From assembly GCA_041242255.1 (NCBI GenBank), contig JBESAV010000001.1:512001-576000 (forward strand): a DNA stretch of 64,000 bases, written 5' to 3'. The notes beneath the pieces were generated by a model. It was not told where the DNA came from. It made no database searches and worked only from the letters and a program-made list of their open reading frames with translations. A program made the translations under genes and the position numbers. Origin of the DNA: Candidatus Altimarinota bacterium (GTDB lineage: Bacteria; Patescibacteriota; Gracilibacteria; UBA1369; GCA-2718715). Every line of letters begins with the position of its first letter. Position 1 is the first letter of the stretch. Positions 9,934 to 20,525 of the stretch are shown in pieces.

Positions 9934-10347
9934 TTAACTTTCTAGATCTACCATCTCTGAAATAGGTTCAATATACCCACTTTTATTTATTTTACGTATT
10001 TGGGCATTAATAACCTCAACAATACCCAAACCAGCTTGGTTCAAGTCTTCATCTAGCCTTCTCACATCTTCACTAGATCTTACATTCAAGCAACCATCAT
10101 CAGTTAAAATACTCAAGGAAAGATCTTTTACAGCTAAAGCTACTTCAAGGTTTTTAACCTGAGAACTATTCCAAACCTCTATTCCACGCCTCATAAACTC
10201 TATGTTTTCTAAAGCCAAACTATCATCACACAAAAGCAGACCCTCCTCATTCTCATCTGCACGAACATTAAAAACAGTCACAAACATCATGATTGTAAGG
10301 AAAATCATCCCAATTTTAACCCAATTTTGTGTCGTTTTTTCTTGCAT
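9934..10347 (-). CDS. Hypothetical secreted protein
   Basis: Signal peptide ending in VRA; two Cys residues. Confidence 0.6.
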   Translation of the reverse strand: MQEKTTQNWVKIGMIFLTIMMFVTVFNVRADENEEGLLLCDDSLALENIEFMRRGIEVWNSSQVKNLEVALAVKDLSLSILTDDGCLNVRSSEDVRRLDEDLNQAGLGIVEVINAQIRKINKSGYIEPISEMVDLES

Positions 10348-11269
10348 AGAATAAACTTATAAAGGAAGCAATCATAACACTTATCCACAATCCAGGTCCA
10401 GTGTCACCTTGTATCTCTTCTGACTCAGTAACCTCTTCCATAACCATTGCTTGGTTGTCATCTTCAGCAACCGTAAAGTCATTCTCAGATGTAGTATCTG
10501 TCTGACTAATAAGTTCATTAGTCACTTCTGCACTACTTTCTAAGTTATATTCCTGAATCACTTCATCTTCACTAACTGGCTCATCAACAGTCTCAACTTC
10601 AGCCACTTCTTGAGATTCCGGTTCGATGATCGAACTTGTATCAATAACAATGCTTTCCGACTCAGGATTCTCTCCTGGAGTTGAAGAAGGAAGTTCATTG
10701 ACTTCACTTTGTGACGCCTGATTATCTTCTGGGCTTTCTACAATGATCTCATCAGTTTCTGGCTCATTATCAACAGTTGTGCTTGCATCCAAGTTATCAT
10801 CTATCTCAACCTGTTCAGTTTCAGGAGCTTGCTGATCAGCTGAATTGCTAAAGTCTTCAGCTAAAATGTCATCAACTATTTGAGTAGAGTTTGTTTGTGG
10901 AAGTTCATTTACAGAACCTTTTAAATTTTGCGACTCAGAGTTTAGTAAAAATAAAAGCACCCCAGCCCCAATCATTAACAGTACAATTATCCCAGCAACA
11001 ATTTTAATAGAGTTACTATCACTTGAGCTACCTGAAGTAGCTTTTGATACCTTGATGTCTTCCGGAACCTTTACTTTAATCTCTTTCACTTCACTAACTT
11101 TTTTGTCCATGTCATCATTTCCTAATACAGGCTTTTCTTCCACTTGCTTATTATCATCAGAAGCCTTACTGGAATCTTTTTTTTCTAAAGTTAGGTCAAT
11201 TTTATTCGGACCCTTTTTTTTCTCATTATCATCTCCATCAATTCTTCCTGCCATTAGGTTAACAGACAT
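10316..11269 (-). CDS. Acidic low-complexity membrane protein with C-terminal TGP-TM-basic tail
   Basis: Internal TM segment, E/D/S/T-rich stalk, ends GDTGPGLWISVMIASFISLFYARK. Confidence 0.7.
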   Translation of the reverse strand: MSVNLMAGRIDGDDNEKKKGPNKIDLTLEKKDSSKASDDNKQVEEKPVLGNDDMDKKVSEVKEIKVKVPEDIKVSKATSGSSSDSNSIKIVAGIIVLLMIGAGVLLFLLNSESQNLKGSVNELPQTNSTQIVDDILAEDFSNSADQQAPETEQVEIDDNLDASTTVDNEPETDEIIVESPEDNQASQSEVNELPSSTPGENPESESIVIDTSSIIEPESQEVAEVETVDEPVSEDEVIQEYNLESSAEVTNELISQTDTTSENDFTVAEDDNQAMVMEEVTESEEIQGDTGPGLWISVMIASFISLFYARKNDTKLG

Positions 11270-11311
11270 TTCTCAAAAATTAATATTCATATAATTATAC
11301 CATACATACCT

Positions 11312-11335
11312 AAAACAAGACCTTCATAGGTCTTG
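11312..11335 (-). terminator. Intrinsic terminator after the 30-aa ORF
   Basis: caagacct-tcat-aggtcttg stem, followed by a U-tract on the minus strand. Confidence 0.65.
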
Positions 11336-11342
11336 CTCTAGT

Positions 11343-11435
11343 TTAAACTTGTGTTGTGAAAACAGATAGTGCTGGTAGAAGTGCAGTAACTATTAATCCT
11401 AAAATCAATAACACTCCAAGAATTTTCTTCGCCAT
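11343..11435 (-). CDS. 30-aa membrane miniprotein (not in the ORF track)
   Basis: Translated by hand as MAKKILGVLLILGLIVTALLPALSVFTTQV*. An extended -10-like TGGTATATT lies upstream and a terminator downstream. Confidence 0.65.
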   Translation of the reverse strand: MAKKILGVLLILGLIVTALLPALSVFTTQV

Positions 11436-11476
11436 AGTTTTAAACTTTATTCAACTACGACTAATATACCAGAAAT

Positions 11477-13573
11477 CTATTCTACAACAATTGTGTTTTC
11501 GAATATGCTGATATCATTCTCGTTACTAACTACTTCAAGTTGAACGGTATATTCTCCAGCTCCTCTGAAGGTATGGACAGGTTTTCTCTCAATACTAGTT
11601 TCACCATCTCCAAAGTCCCAATTAAATCTTGTAGCCGGTCCTGTAGTACAACTAGGATCAAATGAAACTGTAACTTCATCTACACCTGAATCTCTACTTG
11701 TTTCAAAACAAGCTTGCAACGGTACAGGGTTCACAAATACTAACATTTCTGACGAAGCAGTTTCGTTTGTATCTGTTATTGCCGTAACTGTCACTGTAAA
11801 GTCTCCAACTTTATCATATCTATGAGTCATAACAGGTAGACCTCTTCTGATTGGAGTTCCATCTCCAAAGTCCCATCTAAAGCTCACAATATTTGAGTCA
11901 GAAGCCTCTCTAGTAGCAGTAGCATCAAATTCTACAGTAAGCGGAACTTGCCCCACATTCGGAGTAGCAGTTACAACTGGATTCACACCTCTTCCACCAA
12001 CTGATACATCAATTAGTTTAGAAGCAGTTCTACCGTCAGATGAAGTAATACTTAGCTTAACTTCGTATTCTCCAGCTTCAGTAAACACATGCTCTACGAT
12101 CTGACCATTATCATCCACAACTCCATCATTCTCAAAATCCCATTTATATTCAACAATATTTGCTCCTGAAGAGCTTCCTCCATCAAACTCAACTCTCAAC
12201 GGAGCTTGCCCAGTAGGTAGCTCAGGTGTTGTCTGGATCATTGCAAATAGCCCAGAAGGGGAATTACTTACAATATATTCTTTCTCAAGATTTACTTCAT
12301 TTCCAGCAGAGTCATTCATTCTCAATCGAACAATATAAACTCCTTCTTCTTCAAAGCTATAAGAAACTCGATTTCCAGTTCTAGTTACTCCATCTCCAAA
12401 GTCCCATTCAAAACTATCAATTGTTCCTTCATCACTTTCACTAGTACTCGCATCAAATGTATAACTTCTTTCTGGAGTCAGAACTTCATCCTCAGGAATA
12501 TTTCTAATTTCTCCTTTAATGATTTCAGAATCAAGCACATCAACCACGATCATCCCTTCCACAGTCTCACCATTGTTATCCACTAAGAATAATTTCACTT
12601 CATATTCCCCAGCTTCTTCAAAGGTATAAGTTGCAGTGGTACCTTCTTCATCTGTAATATCATCTCCATTGAAATCCCATTCATAACTAACAATGTTCCC
12701 ATCCTGATCAATACTTTCACTCGCGTCAAAAGTGACAGTCAGCGGAGCTCGTCCTCTCTCAGGCGTTGCTGAGATAACCGGAGTAACTCTTTGGTTTTCA
12801 ATTCCAATAGTCTTTTTAAATTCATAAGCTTCAATTTCAGCTTGTGGATCATCAGCTCTTTGAACATTAACTCTCAAAGTCACTTCATGGAAACCACTAT
12901 CTGGCTTAACAAGATATTCATGTTCAACCACAGGTCCAGTCGCAGTTTCACCATCTCCAAAGTCCCATCTATAAGAAACGACTCTGTAAGTCACAGTGTC
13001 AATTGGCAACTGACTAGCGTCAAACCTAATATTCACAGGCGCACTCAAACCAGTTACAATTTCAGGATCAGTTATTATCCCTGATTCTTGAACTTCACCT
13101 CCAAAGTCTCCACCAGAATAAACAAGGCTCAAAGTTCCAAGTCCACTGGTTATAATTAATGCAATCAACGCAATCAATAGTCTCTTAAAATAAACTCTTT
13201 TTCTCTCGGGTTGAGAGTTACTAGCAGTCATAAACTTAAACAGGGAAGCAACAAAAACCAGTAAACTTACCAAAGCACCAACAATCAGTGTGATACCAAG
13301 TCCAAGCAAAACAAAATTCAAAACACTAGTGTTCGCTCCAATCAAACTCTCTTCACTACCTTGGGAGCTCAAGTATAAAAACAAAGAAAATAAACCAACT
13401 AAGACAAAAATCCCAAATCCACCAAGTCCAGCAATAGCCATACCTCGGCTAGATTTTTTCTTTTTCTTCACAGGTTTACCTACTGACTCATCAGATGTAA
13501 ATCCTTGATCAGCCGTATAGAAGTTTTCCCTTGTTTCAGGGGTCTCTATGTTTTTATTTTCTTCTGGTTTCAT
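11477..13573 (-). CDS. Membrane-anchored protein with about six PKD domains
   Basis: Three N-terminal TM segments, then repeated FDAS...WDFGDG...H.Y...G.Y.V.L motifs. Confidence 0.9.
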   Translation of the reverse strand: MKPEENKNIETPETRENFYTADQGFTSDESVGKPVKKKKKSSRGMAIAGLGGFGIFVLVGLFSLFLYLSSQGSEESLIGANTSVLNFVLLGLGITLIVGALVSLLVFVASLFKFMTASNSQPERKRVYFKRLLIALIALIITSGLGTLSLVYSGGDFGGEVQESGIITDPEIVTGLSAPVNIRFDASQLPIDTVTYRVVSYRWDFGDGETATGPVVEHEYLVKPDSGFHEVTLRVNVQRADDPQAEIEAYEFKKTIGIENQRVTPVISATPERGRAPLTVTFDASESIDQDGNIVSYEWDFNGDDITDEEGTTATYTFEEAGEYEVKLFLVDNNGETVEGMIVVDVLDSEIIKGEIRNIPEDEVLTPERSYTFDASTSESDEGTIDSFEWDFGDGVTRTGNRVSYSFEEEGVYIVRLRMNDSAGNEVNLEKEYIVSNSPSGLFAMIQTTPELPTGQAPLRVEFDGGSSSGANIVEYKWDFENDGVVDDNGQIVEHVFTEAGEYEVKLSITSSDGRTASKLIDVSVGGRGVNPVVTATPNVGQVPLTVEFDATATREASDSNIVSFRWDFGDGTPIRRGLPVMTHRYDKVGDFTVTVTAITDTNETASSEMLVFVNPVPLQACFETSRDSGVDEVTVSFDPSCTTGPATRFNWDFGDGETSIERKPVHTFRGAGEYTVQLEVVSNENDISIFENTIVVE

Positions 13574-13574
13574 A

Positions 13575-16500
13575 CTAGTAAAGTTTACGTTTATTTTTGT
13601 TTTGAATATCTAGTTTTCTCAATATTATACCACTAAACAGTCCTAATAGCGATACAATTACAACATACACAAAGATAGGAATATTATTCTCAATATCAAA
13701 GCTTAGTGAAGCATTGTAATCCAGTCCTACAAATCGAATATCAATGAAATCTGTATAAATATTACCCTGATCATCAGTAATAGTAACTAGTGTTCTAGTT
13801 GGACTAAACGCAGAACTATATCTCGTAGTGAAATCTTCTCTTTGAGTAGAGGAGTAATCCACATCATTATTTCTTACCCCATCTCGACCAGAGTCTAAAT
13901 ATGTATTCTTATCTACTTTTATCTCCACAACTGATTCAGGCAGTTTGCTAAATTCAAAAGTTACATCAATAACTCCATCCTCCACAATCACAGCATCTTC
14001 ATTTAAATCATAAGGAGGTCTAGTCACAATAAATCCATTATCTCTAAGCGAAACTTCTCCTATGCTTGGTGCAGATGGGTAAGTATCAACCTCTTCACCA
14101 TCTATATTCAAGGTAGGGAAGCCTAGATTGTCAGTATTGGCTTGATTGTTTCTAGGTGTCTGTCCAGAAGAAGCTACCTCATTCACCACCCCACCTTGGG
14201 CAGAAATAGTGAAGCTATTAGTGATTTCATCCACATTTCCTTCGTTATCTACAACTGTAAGCTTAACCCCATATACTCCAGATCTATCATAGCTAAAGCT
14301 TGGGCTGTACTCGGTTGAATCTACATCATTCAATGGGTTCCCATCTCCATCACTATCCAGTTGAGTATCAAAGTCCCACAAAGTCTGATCAATAAACCCT
14401 CCATTCACACTGTCAACTCTAGAATTATTAGTAAAGCTTACATCACCACCACTAGACCGAGCCGTAAATGCAGCTACAGGCGGATCCAAATTAGAATCTA
14501 CAAAGATAGGTATAATTCCAGAAACAGTTCTTCCACCTTTGTCATCAGTGACTTCCATTCTTACTTTAAACCCATCAACCGGGGAAGCTTTCTCAAAAGT
14601 TTTTTCTACAGTTGAAGTTTCATAAATATCCTCATCTGCAAAACTCCCATCTCCATCAAAGTCATATCTCCATTGAACGATCTCACCATCAGGATCTGTT
14701 GATTCATCAATAAAGTTAATACTTTCTCCTACACTTATAGAAGTTCTATCAACTCTAAACTTAGCCGTAGGTAAATCATTTTTCCCATTCACAACAGTTA
14801 CAATAGCAGCAGCTCCTTCATTAAATATATCTCTACACTTAACTTCATTTCCATCATCATCAATCAAGTCTAAACAAATTCCGTATTGAACCTCTTCTCC
14901 TTCACGACCCATTGTCCCAATCTGCATTGTCGCTCTAGGCGAACCAGAGGCTATCACACCAATCTGTTCATCTGACCGACTCAAAGGGTAATAATAATAT
15001 CTAAATGTCCTAATATTACCATCTGGATCATTTGCTCCAACTGCCTCTACTTCTATATCAAACGGTGTAGTTGGCCCACCTCTAGGTGTTACAATTACAT
15101 TTTGAACAGTAGGGAAGGCTTGCACTACTGGAAGCCTGATTGTTCGAGTATTTGTTTGAGTTCTATCATTTAGATTCGTAACAGTTAGGTTGATCTCAAA
15201 TGTACCTCTTGGATTTGACGGAAGATCCCTGTAAGAATAAGTAAATGTTCTCTGTGTAAACTTACCTCCATCTCCAGTATCCCAAGAATATAGCAGGTTA
15301 TCATTCGTCCCATCAATATTTAAAGATTCACTCGCATCAAAAGTCAGCAATGTATCTCTATATATAGCTGGCATTTCATCAATCTTAGTATAAGTATTAC
15401 CAAATGCCTCCAAGGTAATCACAGCAATCGGAGAACTTCCAGCTCCAACCAAGAAAGTCTCATTGATTGTTTTCTTTGTTCCATCCTTCTCAGCCTCAAC
15501 TCGTACATCAAATGCACCAGCTTGCTCATAGTTATGTTCAAATCTTATTCTTCCATTCTCATCAAATCTTGCTGTCTGATTATCACCATCTCCAAAGAAA
15601 ATAGTAGCAGTATCAGCCACATTAGATTCAACAAAGAAATTAACAACTGAGTCATCGTCTAACTGAGTAGCATATTGCTGCTCCTCACCAAACCTCAAGT
15701 CAATAATGTTGTTCACAACAATTTCAACTTCATCTTCTGCAACTTTCCCTTGAGGGTCAACCACAGTAAGTTTAGCTCTATATGTTCCTTTCTTTAAGAA
15801 TTGAACTTCTAATCTTCTCTGATCATCAGAATTAATGACAGTATAATCAACCCCTTCGATTTTACCTGGAAAACTCCAAGAATATTTCAGGCTCTCTATG
15901 TCACCAGCATCAGGATCGCTACTTTGTGAAGCATCTAAAGTTATTAGTGATGGATTATTCTTATCTAAAGAGTTAGCAATAGCTACTGCCGTTGGAGGCC
16001 TAGATTCTACGTTTACATTAACCTGCACAGTCGCTTCATTTCCTTCTCCATCTCTAACCTTTAGTCCTATACTTTTCGAACCAGGATTCTCAAAGCTCAC
16101 AGTTATTCTTTCTTCAGAACCAAAGTCAGTTGCAGTATCATCCACAGTCCACTCTCTCGATACAATTGGCCCAAAGTCACTCTGAGAATTCGAAGAATCT
16201 AAAACAATTTCTTCACCAGGAATAACATTCGTCTTATCAGCATTCACCCTAGCTACAATAGTGTTCACATTTACGTAGAACACCTTTCGGTCTGTCTGCC
16301 CTTGAGCATCAGTTACTGAAAGCACACCTGAGTATCTCCCTCTAGAGTTAAAGGTTTTTCTAATTGTTTTTACATCATCCTGAACTCCACCAATATCCGT
16401 TTCTTCATCTTCATTACCAGAAAGAATCGGATCACCAGATCCAGATATAGAACCTTGCTCATCTGAAAATCTCCAAGCATACTCCTGTATACTATTCCCA

Positions 16501-18449
16501 GTCGCATCTGCTTCAAATAGTAGCCCTTGTTGAGCTTGATTTAAAGTAACTGTAAATTCATCTCTATTCAGAAGAATAGTACCATCCTCCTGATTATATC
16601 TTTGTAAAATAATCGAACTATCATTCTCAGGTGTAACCTGAAGATCTATTTTAGTATTTGGAGGAGTCACTCTTATAGTTTTGTAAGCAAGTCCCGGTAG
16701 TACTTCTTGATCTTCTTCAGCTGAGCTAGTTAGTCTAAGGCCAACTCTATATGTTCCTGGTCTTTTATATGTACAAGTCACTGAAGCTAAGTTAATCGGT
16801 CCAGAAGTGATCCCTTCACAAGTAACTAAGTCAGATTGACTAGTATAATCATTAAAATCTCCATCACCATCCACATCCCATTCAAAATTTTGATCATTTA
16901 AGCTAAGTTCAGCCGGATCATAACTCTTACTCCCATCAAAAGTCACAACTAGAGGAGAACTTCCTCGGGCTACATTCGTTACTATCACTGGAGCCGTAAA
17001 TCGTACATTAATCAACGCATTATATACCGCTTCAAGATTTCTAACTGCTTCCACAACATCGTTCGACCTAGCTAAATCCTCAAAGTTAACTGAGTCAGTA
17101 CTAAACCCAATCTCAAAACTATCACCACTTGTTGATGAAGATCCAAGGTCAGAGAAAGGATCTAAAACATCTTCTATGTCATATAGGTTTCCACCTTGTG
17201 AAAATGAATCTATCAAATCATCAATAGTCTGACTCAACGTCTGACCATTCTGCAAATTAATTGTCACAAAGTAAGGAGAAGAAGCATCGTTCAATGTATC
17301 CAAGGTTTCTCTCACATTATTAGCAACTCTCTGGTAGTCAGCAATCAAACCTCTTCTATAAACCACTTCATTTATGTAAGTTCTAAGGTCACTAGTGATC
17401 TCAGAACCAATATTTGAGTTTCCACCATTCACAATAACTTCTTCACAATCAGAAACATTGAAGTTCACAGGACGTTCACTTGGAGGAAGGTTACAAACAA
17501 GTTGTCTAAACTTAGCATCTCCACCAGAAAGGTTTTCATCAACCCATCCAAGCACTCCTCCACCAACATCATCTAAAAGATTTTCTAGATTAGAGTCCTG
17601 TGATTCGTTTGCAATAGCGTTTATCTCTTCCTGAGTAATTTGGTTTTGTATCACCAGCTTAGCAGGAGTTATAGCTCTATCTATCACGTATTGTGTAGCT
17701 AAGCTTGTATTACTCACCGCATCATACTGGTTCCCAATATCCTCAAGGGTGTCTTCAACCTGATTTAAATAATTCACAAATTCGCTTCTCGAAGTAAATT
17801 CAGAAGGCTCAAAAGATTTAATCAAAGCTAGTTGTCTAGTATTCTCCAAAAGCTGATCGTAAGCTTGTACATATCCCAATGCCGCAATTCTAACTTCAGT
17901 CGCCGCAGAGTTGTAGTTTGCTAGTTGAGCCCTATTTGTCCCGTCAACATTTGTTCCAAGTTCACCACCTTGAGGGATACTCAGGGCAGTATTTACAATC
18001 GCATACGAAGCAAAGATAACTATAATCCCAATAAACACATTTTTGATGTTCGTCTTAGCTTTACTCATCTGCTCATCATTGTCCAAAGCCGTCACATATT
18101 GGAATCCAGAGTAAATCACAATTATCAAAGCAATAAACCCAAGGAAGCTCAAAGCAAAATTAACTATCCTCAAAATGAAATCACGAATATTATCATCCTG
18201 AGTCAGTGTTGGATTCAAAGTATCATTAGGTAGTTCCAACCTACCATCAAAGTCTGAAAAAGAAGTTATCTGACTTCCACAATCAGCAAAACCAGAAAAC
18301 TGATCAGAAATTCCTCCACAAAAAACACTACTTTGTGCCCCAGTGATATCAGGCATTCCAAACATAAAAATCCCAAATAGAAGGGCAAAAATAGACATTG
18401 AAACGATTTTTCTTGTGATCTTTAGCATTTGATAAACATATTTAATCAT
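13575..18449 (-). CDS. Giant surface protein: N-terminal VirB2/TrbC-like pilin domain, helical region, many PKD domains, C-terminal TM
   Basis: IVNFALSFLGFIALIIVIYSGFQYVTA...KAK...IGIIVIFASYAIVN pilin pattern; many FDAS/WDFDGDG repeats. Confidence 0.85.
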   Translation of the reverse strand: MIKYVYQMLKITRKIVSMSIFALLFGIFMFGMPDITGAQSSVFCGGISDQFSGFADCGSQITSFSDFDGRLELPNDTLNPTLTQDDNIRDFILRIVNFALSFLGFIALIIVIYSGFQYVTALDNDEQMSKAKTNIKNVFIGIIVIFASYAIVNTALSIPQGGELGTNVDGTNRAQLANYNSAATEVRIAALGYVQAYDQLLENTRQLALIKSFEPSEFTSRSEFVNYLNQVEDTLEDIGNQYDAVSNTSLATQYVIDRAITPAKLVIQNQITQEEINAIANESQDSNLENLLDDVGGGVLGWVDENLSGGDAKFRQLVCNLPPSERPVNFNVSDCEEVIVNGGNSNIGSEITSDLRTYINEVVYRRGLIADYQRVANNVRETLDTLNDASSPYFVTINLQNGQTLSQTIDDLIDSFSQGGNLYDIEDVLDPFSDLGSSSTSGDSFEIGFSTDSVNFEDLARSNDVVEAVRNLEAVYNALINVRFTAPVIVTNVARGSSPLVVTFDGSKSYDPAELSLNDQNFEWDVDGDGDFNDYTSQSDLVTCEGITSGPINLASVTCTYKRPGTYRVGLRLTSSAEEDQEVLPGLAYKTIRVTPPNTKIDLQVTPENDSSIILQRYNQEDGTILLNRDEFTVTLNQAQQGLLFEADATGNSIQEYAWRFSDEQGSISGSGDPILSGNEDEETDIGGVQDDVKTIRKTFNSRGRYSGVLSVTDAQGQTDRKVFYVNVNTIVARVNADKTNVIPGEEIVLDSSNSQSDFGPIVSREWTVDDTATDFGSEERITVSFENPGSKSIGLKVRDGEGNEATVQVNVNVESRPPTAVAIANSLDKNNPSLITLDASQSSDPDAGDIESLKYSWSFPGKIEGVDYTVINSDDQRRLEVQFLKKGTYRAKLTVVDPQGKVAEDEVEIVVNNIIDLRFGEEQQYATQLDDDSVVNFFVESNVADTATIFFGDGDNQTARFDENGRIRFEHNYEQAGAFDVRVEAEKDGTKKTINETFLVGAGSSPIAVITLEAFGNTYTKIDEMPAIYRDTLLTFDASESLNIDGTNDNLLYSWDTGDGGKFTQRTFTYSYRDLPSNPRGTFEINLTVTNLNDRTQTNTRTIRLPVVQAFPTVQNVIVTPRGGPTTPFDIEVEAVGANDPDGNIRTFRYYYYPLSRSDEQIGVIASGSPRATMQIGTMGREGEEVQYGICLDLIDDDGNEVKCRDIFNEGAAAIVTVVNGKNDLPTAKFRVDRTSISVGESINFIDESTDPDGEIVQWRYDFDGDGSFADEDIYETSTVEKTFEKASPVDGFKVRMEVTDDKGGRTVSGIIPIFVDSNLDPPVAAFTARSSGGDVSFTNNSRVDSVNGGFIDQTLWDFDTQLDSDGDGNPLNDVDSTEYSPSFSYDRSGVYGVKLTVVDNEGNVDEITNSFTISAQGGVVNEVASSGQTPRNNQANTDNLGFPTLNIDGEEVDTYPSAPSIGEVSLRDNGFIVTRPPYDLNEDAVIVEDGVIDVTFEFSKLPESVVEIKVDKNTYLDSGRDGVRNNDVDYSSTQREDFTTRYSSAFSPTRTLVTITDDQGNIYTDFIDIRFVGLDYNASLSFDIENNIPIFVYVVIVSLLGLFSGIILRKLDIQNKNKRKLY

Positions 18450-18503
18450 TTAATTATACCAAAAAAACACCTAAAGATAAACCCATACACAACATGTTAT
18501 TCT

Positions 18504-19520
18504 TTAAAAGTTACTCTCCAAAATTTCATCTTGAAGGGGACTCAATTCTATACCACTTCCTTCACTTTCCTCTAAGTCAATCACAGTATTTACAACTGCA
18601 AAAGCCCCAGCCGCAATTATGATACCAACCACAGCCCCAATGATTGCATTCTTAACTCTTCCAGCATTATCTTCATTACTAGGTTGAAATATATACATAA
18701 ACCCAGCGTATAACAGAGACAAAAGCGCAGCAATTGCGATAAACCCAGAAACAAAGTTTGTAAATGTAACTATCAGTCTATTAGCAGCAGTCACATCAAA
18801 CTGAGCACCATCTCTAGCAAAGAAAATCTCTCTTACCAAGCTCTCCGAAATAAGAACCAAAATAATCCCAGCAATCGAGTATTTAATCTGATTTTTAGCT
18901 ACATCCATAACTTCCTCATTTCCAGCGTTCGATACAAGTCTCATACCAGCAATGATCAAGAACAATAAAGCCACAGCCCCAATCATAGCCTCTACAACTC
19001 TTACTATCCCAAGTATTTCAGCTGCCCCAATTCGCGCAGCTTCCTGAGCAGCTTGCTCATTTTCAAGGAAACCACCTCCGCTTAAATCTAGTACTTGTAA
19101 AAACAAAATGTCAGCCGTCAAAACTATCACAATCGCTACAACCAAGTATCCCACATACTTTTTAAGCTTATCCAGGTCTTCATCCACATCTTGTTTCCCA
19201 ACTAGTCTCACTAAAGATATTGTCAGGTACAAAATAGTAATCCCTAAGATCACATACTTAGCTACAGACAAAGCTGAAAAAGCCAAACTAACAATTCTAT
19301 TTACTCCCGGTTGATCAAATCTACCAGGCGCCTCCTCAAACCCCATCACTGGAAGTCCAGTTGCATCTTGAATGTTTTCTAAGACACTTCTTGTGTCGTC
19401 ATTTATAAATCCATCTCTATCAGCTGCACTTTGTCCTTCCTGGGCGTTAGTAACACCACCAAACATTAGTACACTCAGCAATCCAATTGTCAGTAAAACT
19501 TTTTTCATAATTTTTATCAT
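18504..19520 (-). CDS. Membrane protein with tandem VirB2/TrbC-like pilin repeats
   Basis: Three repeats of the IxxGxxxxxxxGxEE...AK...GIII pilin-like hairpin; signal peptide. Confidence 0.75.
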   Translation of the reverse strand: MIKIMKKVLLTIGLLSVLMFGGVTNAQEGQSAADRDGFINDDTRSVLENIQDATGLPVMGFEEAPGRFDQPGVNRIVSLAFSALSVAKYVILGITILYLTISLVRLVGKQDVDEDLDKLKKYVGYLVVAIVIVLTADILFLQVLDLSGGGFLENEQAAQEAARIGAAEILGIVRVVEAMIGAVALLFLIIAGMRLVSNAGNEEVMDVAKNQIKYSIAGIILVLISESLVREIFFARDGAQFDVTAANRLIVTFTNFVSGFIAIAALLSLLYAGFMYIFQPSNEDNAGRVKNAIIGAVVGIIIAAGAFAVVNTVIDLEESEGSGIELSPLQDEILESNF

Positions 19521-20413
19521 AATCTTCCAGCTATTACAGTAGAAACAAGCGCAAATGCTCCATAAACCATGATTATCCCAAGTAGGGAAACACCAATCAT
19601 CTTTCGTGCCTTGCCTTGAGTTTCTTCATTTCCACCACTTGCAGCGTACATAAGGCCTCCTGCCACAAGAGTCAGCATGCTAATAGGTCCCATAAACGCC
19701 ACAATAAGGTTTATAAATCCTACTAGTTCCTCCATACCTTGACCAAGATCAACTCTTGGCTCTGAAAGGGGAGTATCAACCCTATAGAACACTCTTCGTA
19801 TCAGCCCATCTGCAAAGATAAGCCCCACTAAGGCCGCTAATGTAACTCCAAAGTTCTTCTTAGCTTTACTGACCTGCTCTTCACTATTAGCCGAAGCAAT
19901 CATCTGTCCACCAGAGAAAACAAGCGAAGCTGTCGCCACAGCAGTTAGAATATATTTAAAGAAAGTAATAATAACTCTTACTCCATTATCAAACACCAAT
20001 AGTCTTTCCTGGACCACATCCCTAGTCCCAAGTAATCCACCATCATTCGCTGCAAAAAGTTTTCCAAGATCTGGAGATATAGCCATGATAATTATTCCAG
20101 TCACACTATATAAGAGAGTTTTACCAGCAGATTCCATCGCTTCAGAGTCACCTTGAGAGAAGGCAAGTCTCATTGCAGAAATGATTGCAAAAATAGTAGC
20201 AATCAAACCAACACCAAGCCTCACCAGATTCACAAACTGCTCGATAACAAATTCAGCCTGCTCCAAACCAGTATCACCTTCAGGCCTAAAAAAGAATCTT
20301 TCAAAAGGAGAAGTATTGAAGTCCAAAAACTGAGCTGAAGCCACTCCAGCATCAATACAAACCATCATCCCCAGCAACCCACCGATCAAACCAACTTTCC
20401 AATTAAGCTTCAT
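19517..20413 (-). CDS. Membrane protein with tandem VirB2/TrbC-like pilin repeats
   Basis: Repeats SQGDSEAMESAGK, SANSEEQVSKAKK and SGGNEETQGKARK, each flanked by TM helices; ATGA overlap with the next gene. Confidence 0.75.
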   Translation of the reverse strand: MKLNWKVGLIGGLLGMMVCIDAGVASAQFLDFNTSPFERFFFRPEGDTGLEQAEFVIEQFVNLVRLGVGLIATIFAIISAMRLAFSQGDSEAMESAGKTLLYSVTGIIIMAISPDLGKLFAANDGGLLGTRDVVQERLLVFDNGVRVIITFFKYILTAVATASLVFSGGQMIASANSEEQVSKAKKNFGVTLAALVGLIFADGLIRRVFYRVDTPLSEPRVDLGQGMEELVGFINLIVAFMGPISMLTLVAGGLMYAASGGNEETQGKARKMIGVSLLGIIMVYGAFALVSTVIAGRL

Positions 20414-20525
20414 AAATAAATTTATTTCTCTCTATTATACAACAAAATCTCTTGATTTTCCAACTATACTAATTCATACTTCAAATATACAAATCAACCC
20501 GGACCGGGTTTTTAACTGTGAAATT

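Noticed and set aside
20414-20525. tRNA-Trp expected upstream of secE
   Set aside because: Only a small aacccgg/ccgggtt hairpin is present; there is no cloverleaf, T-loop or CCA.
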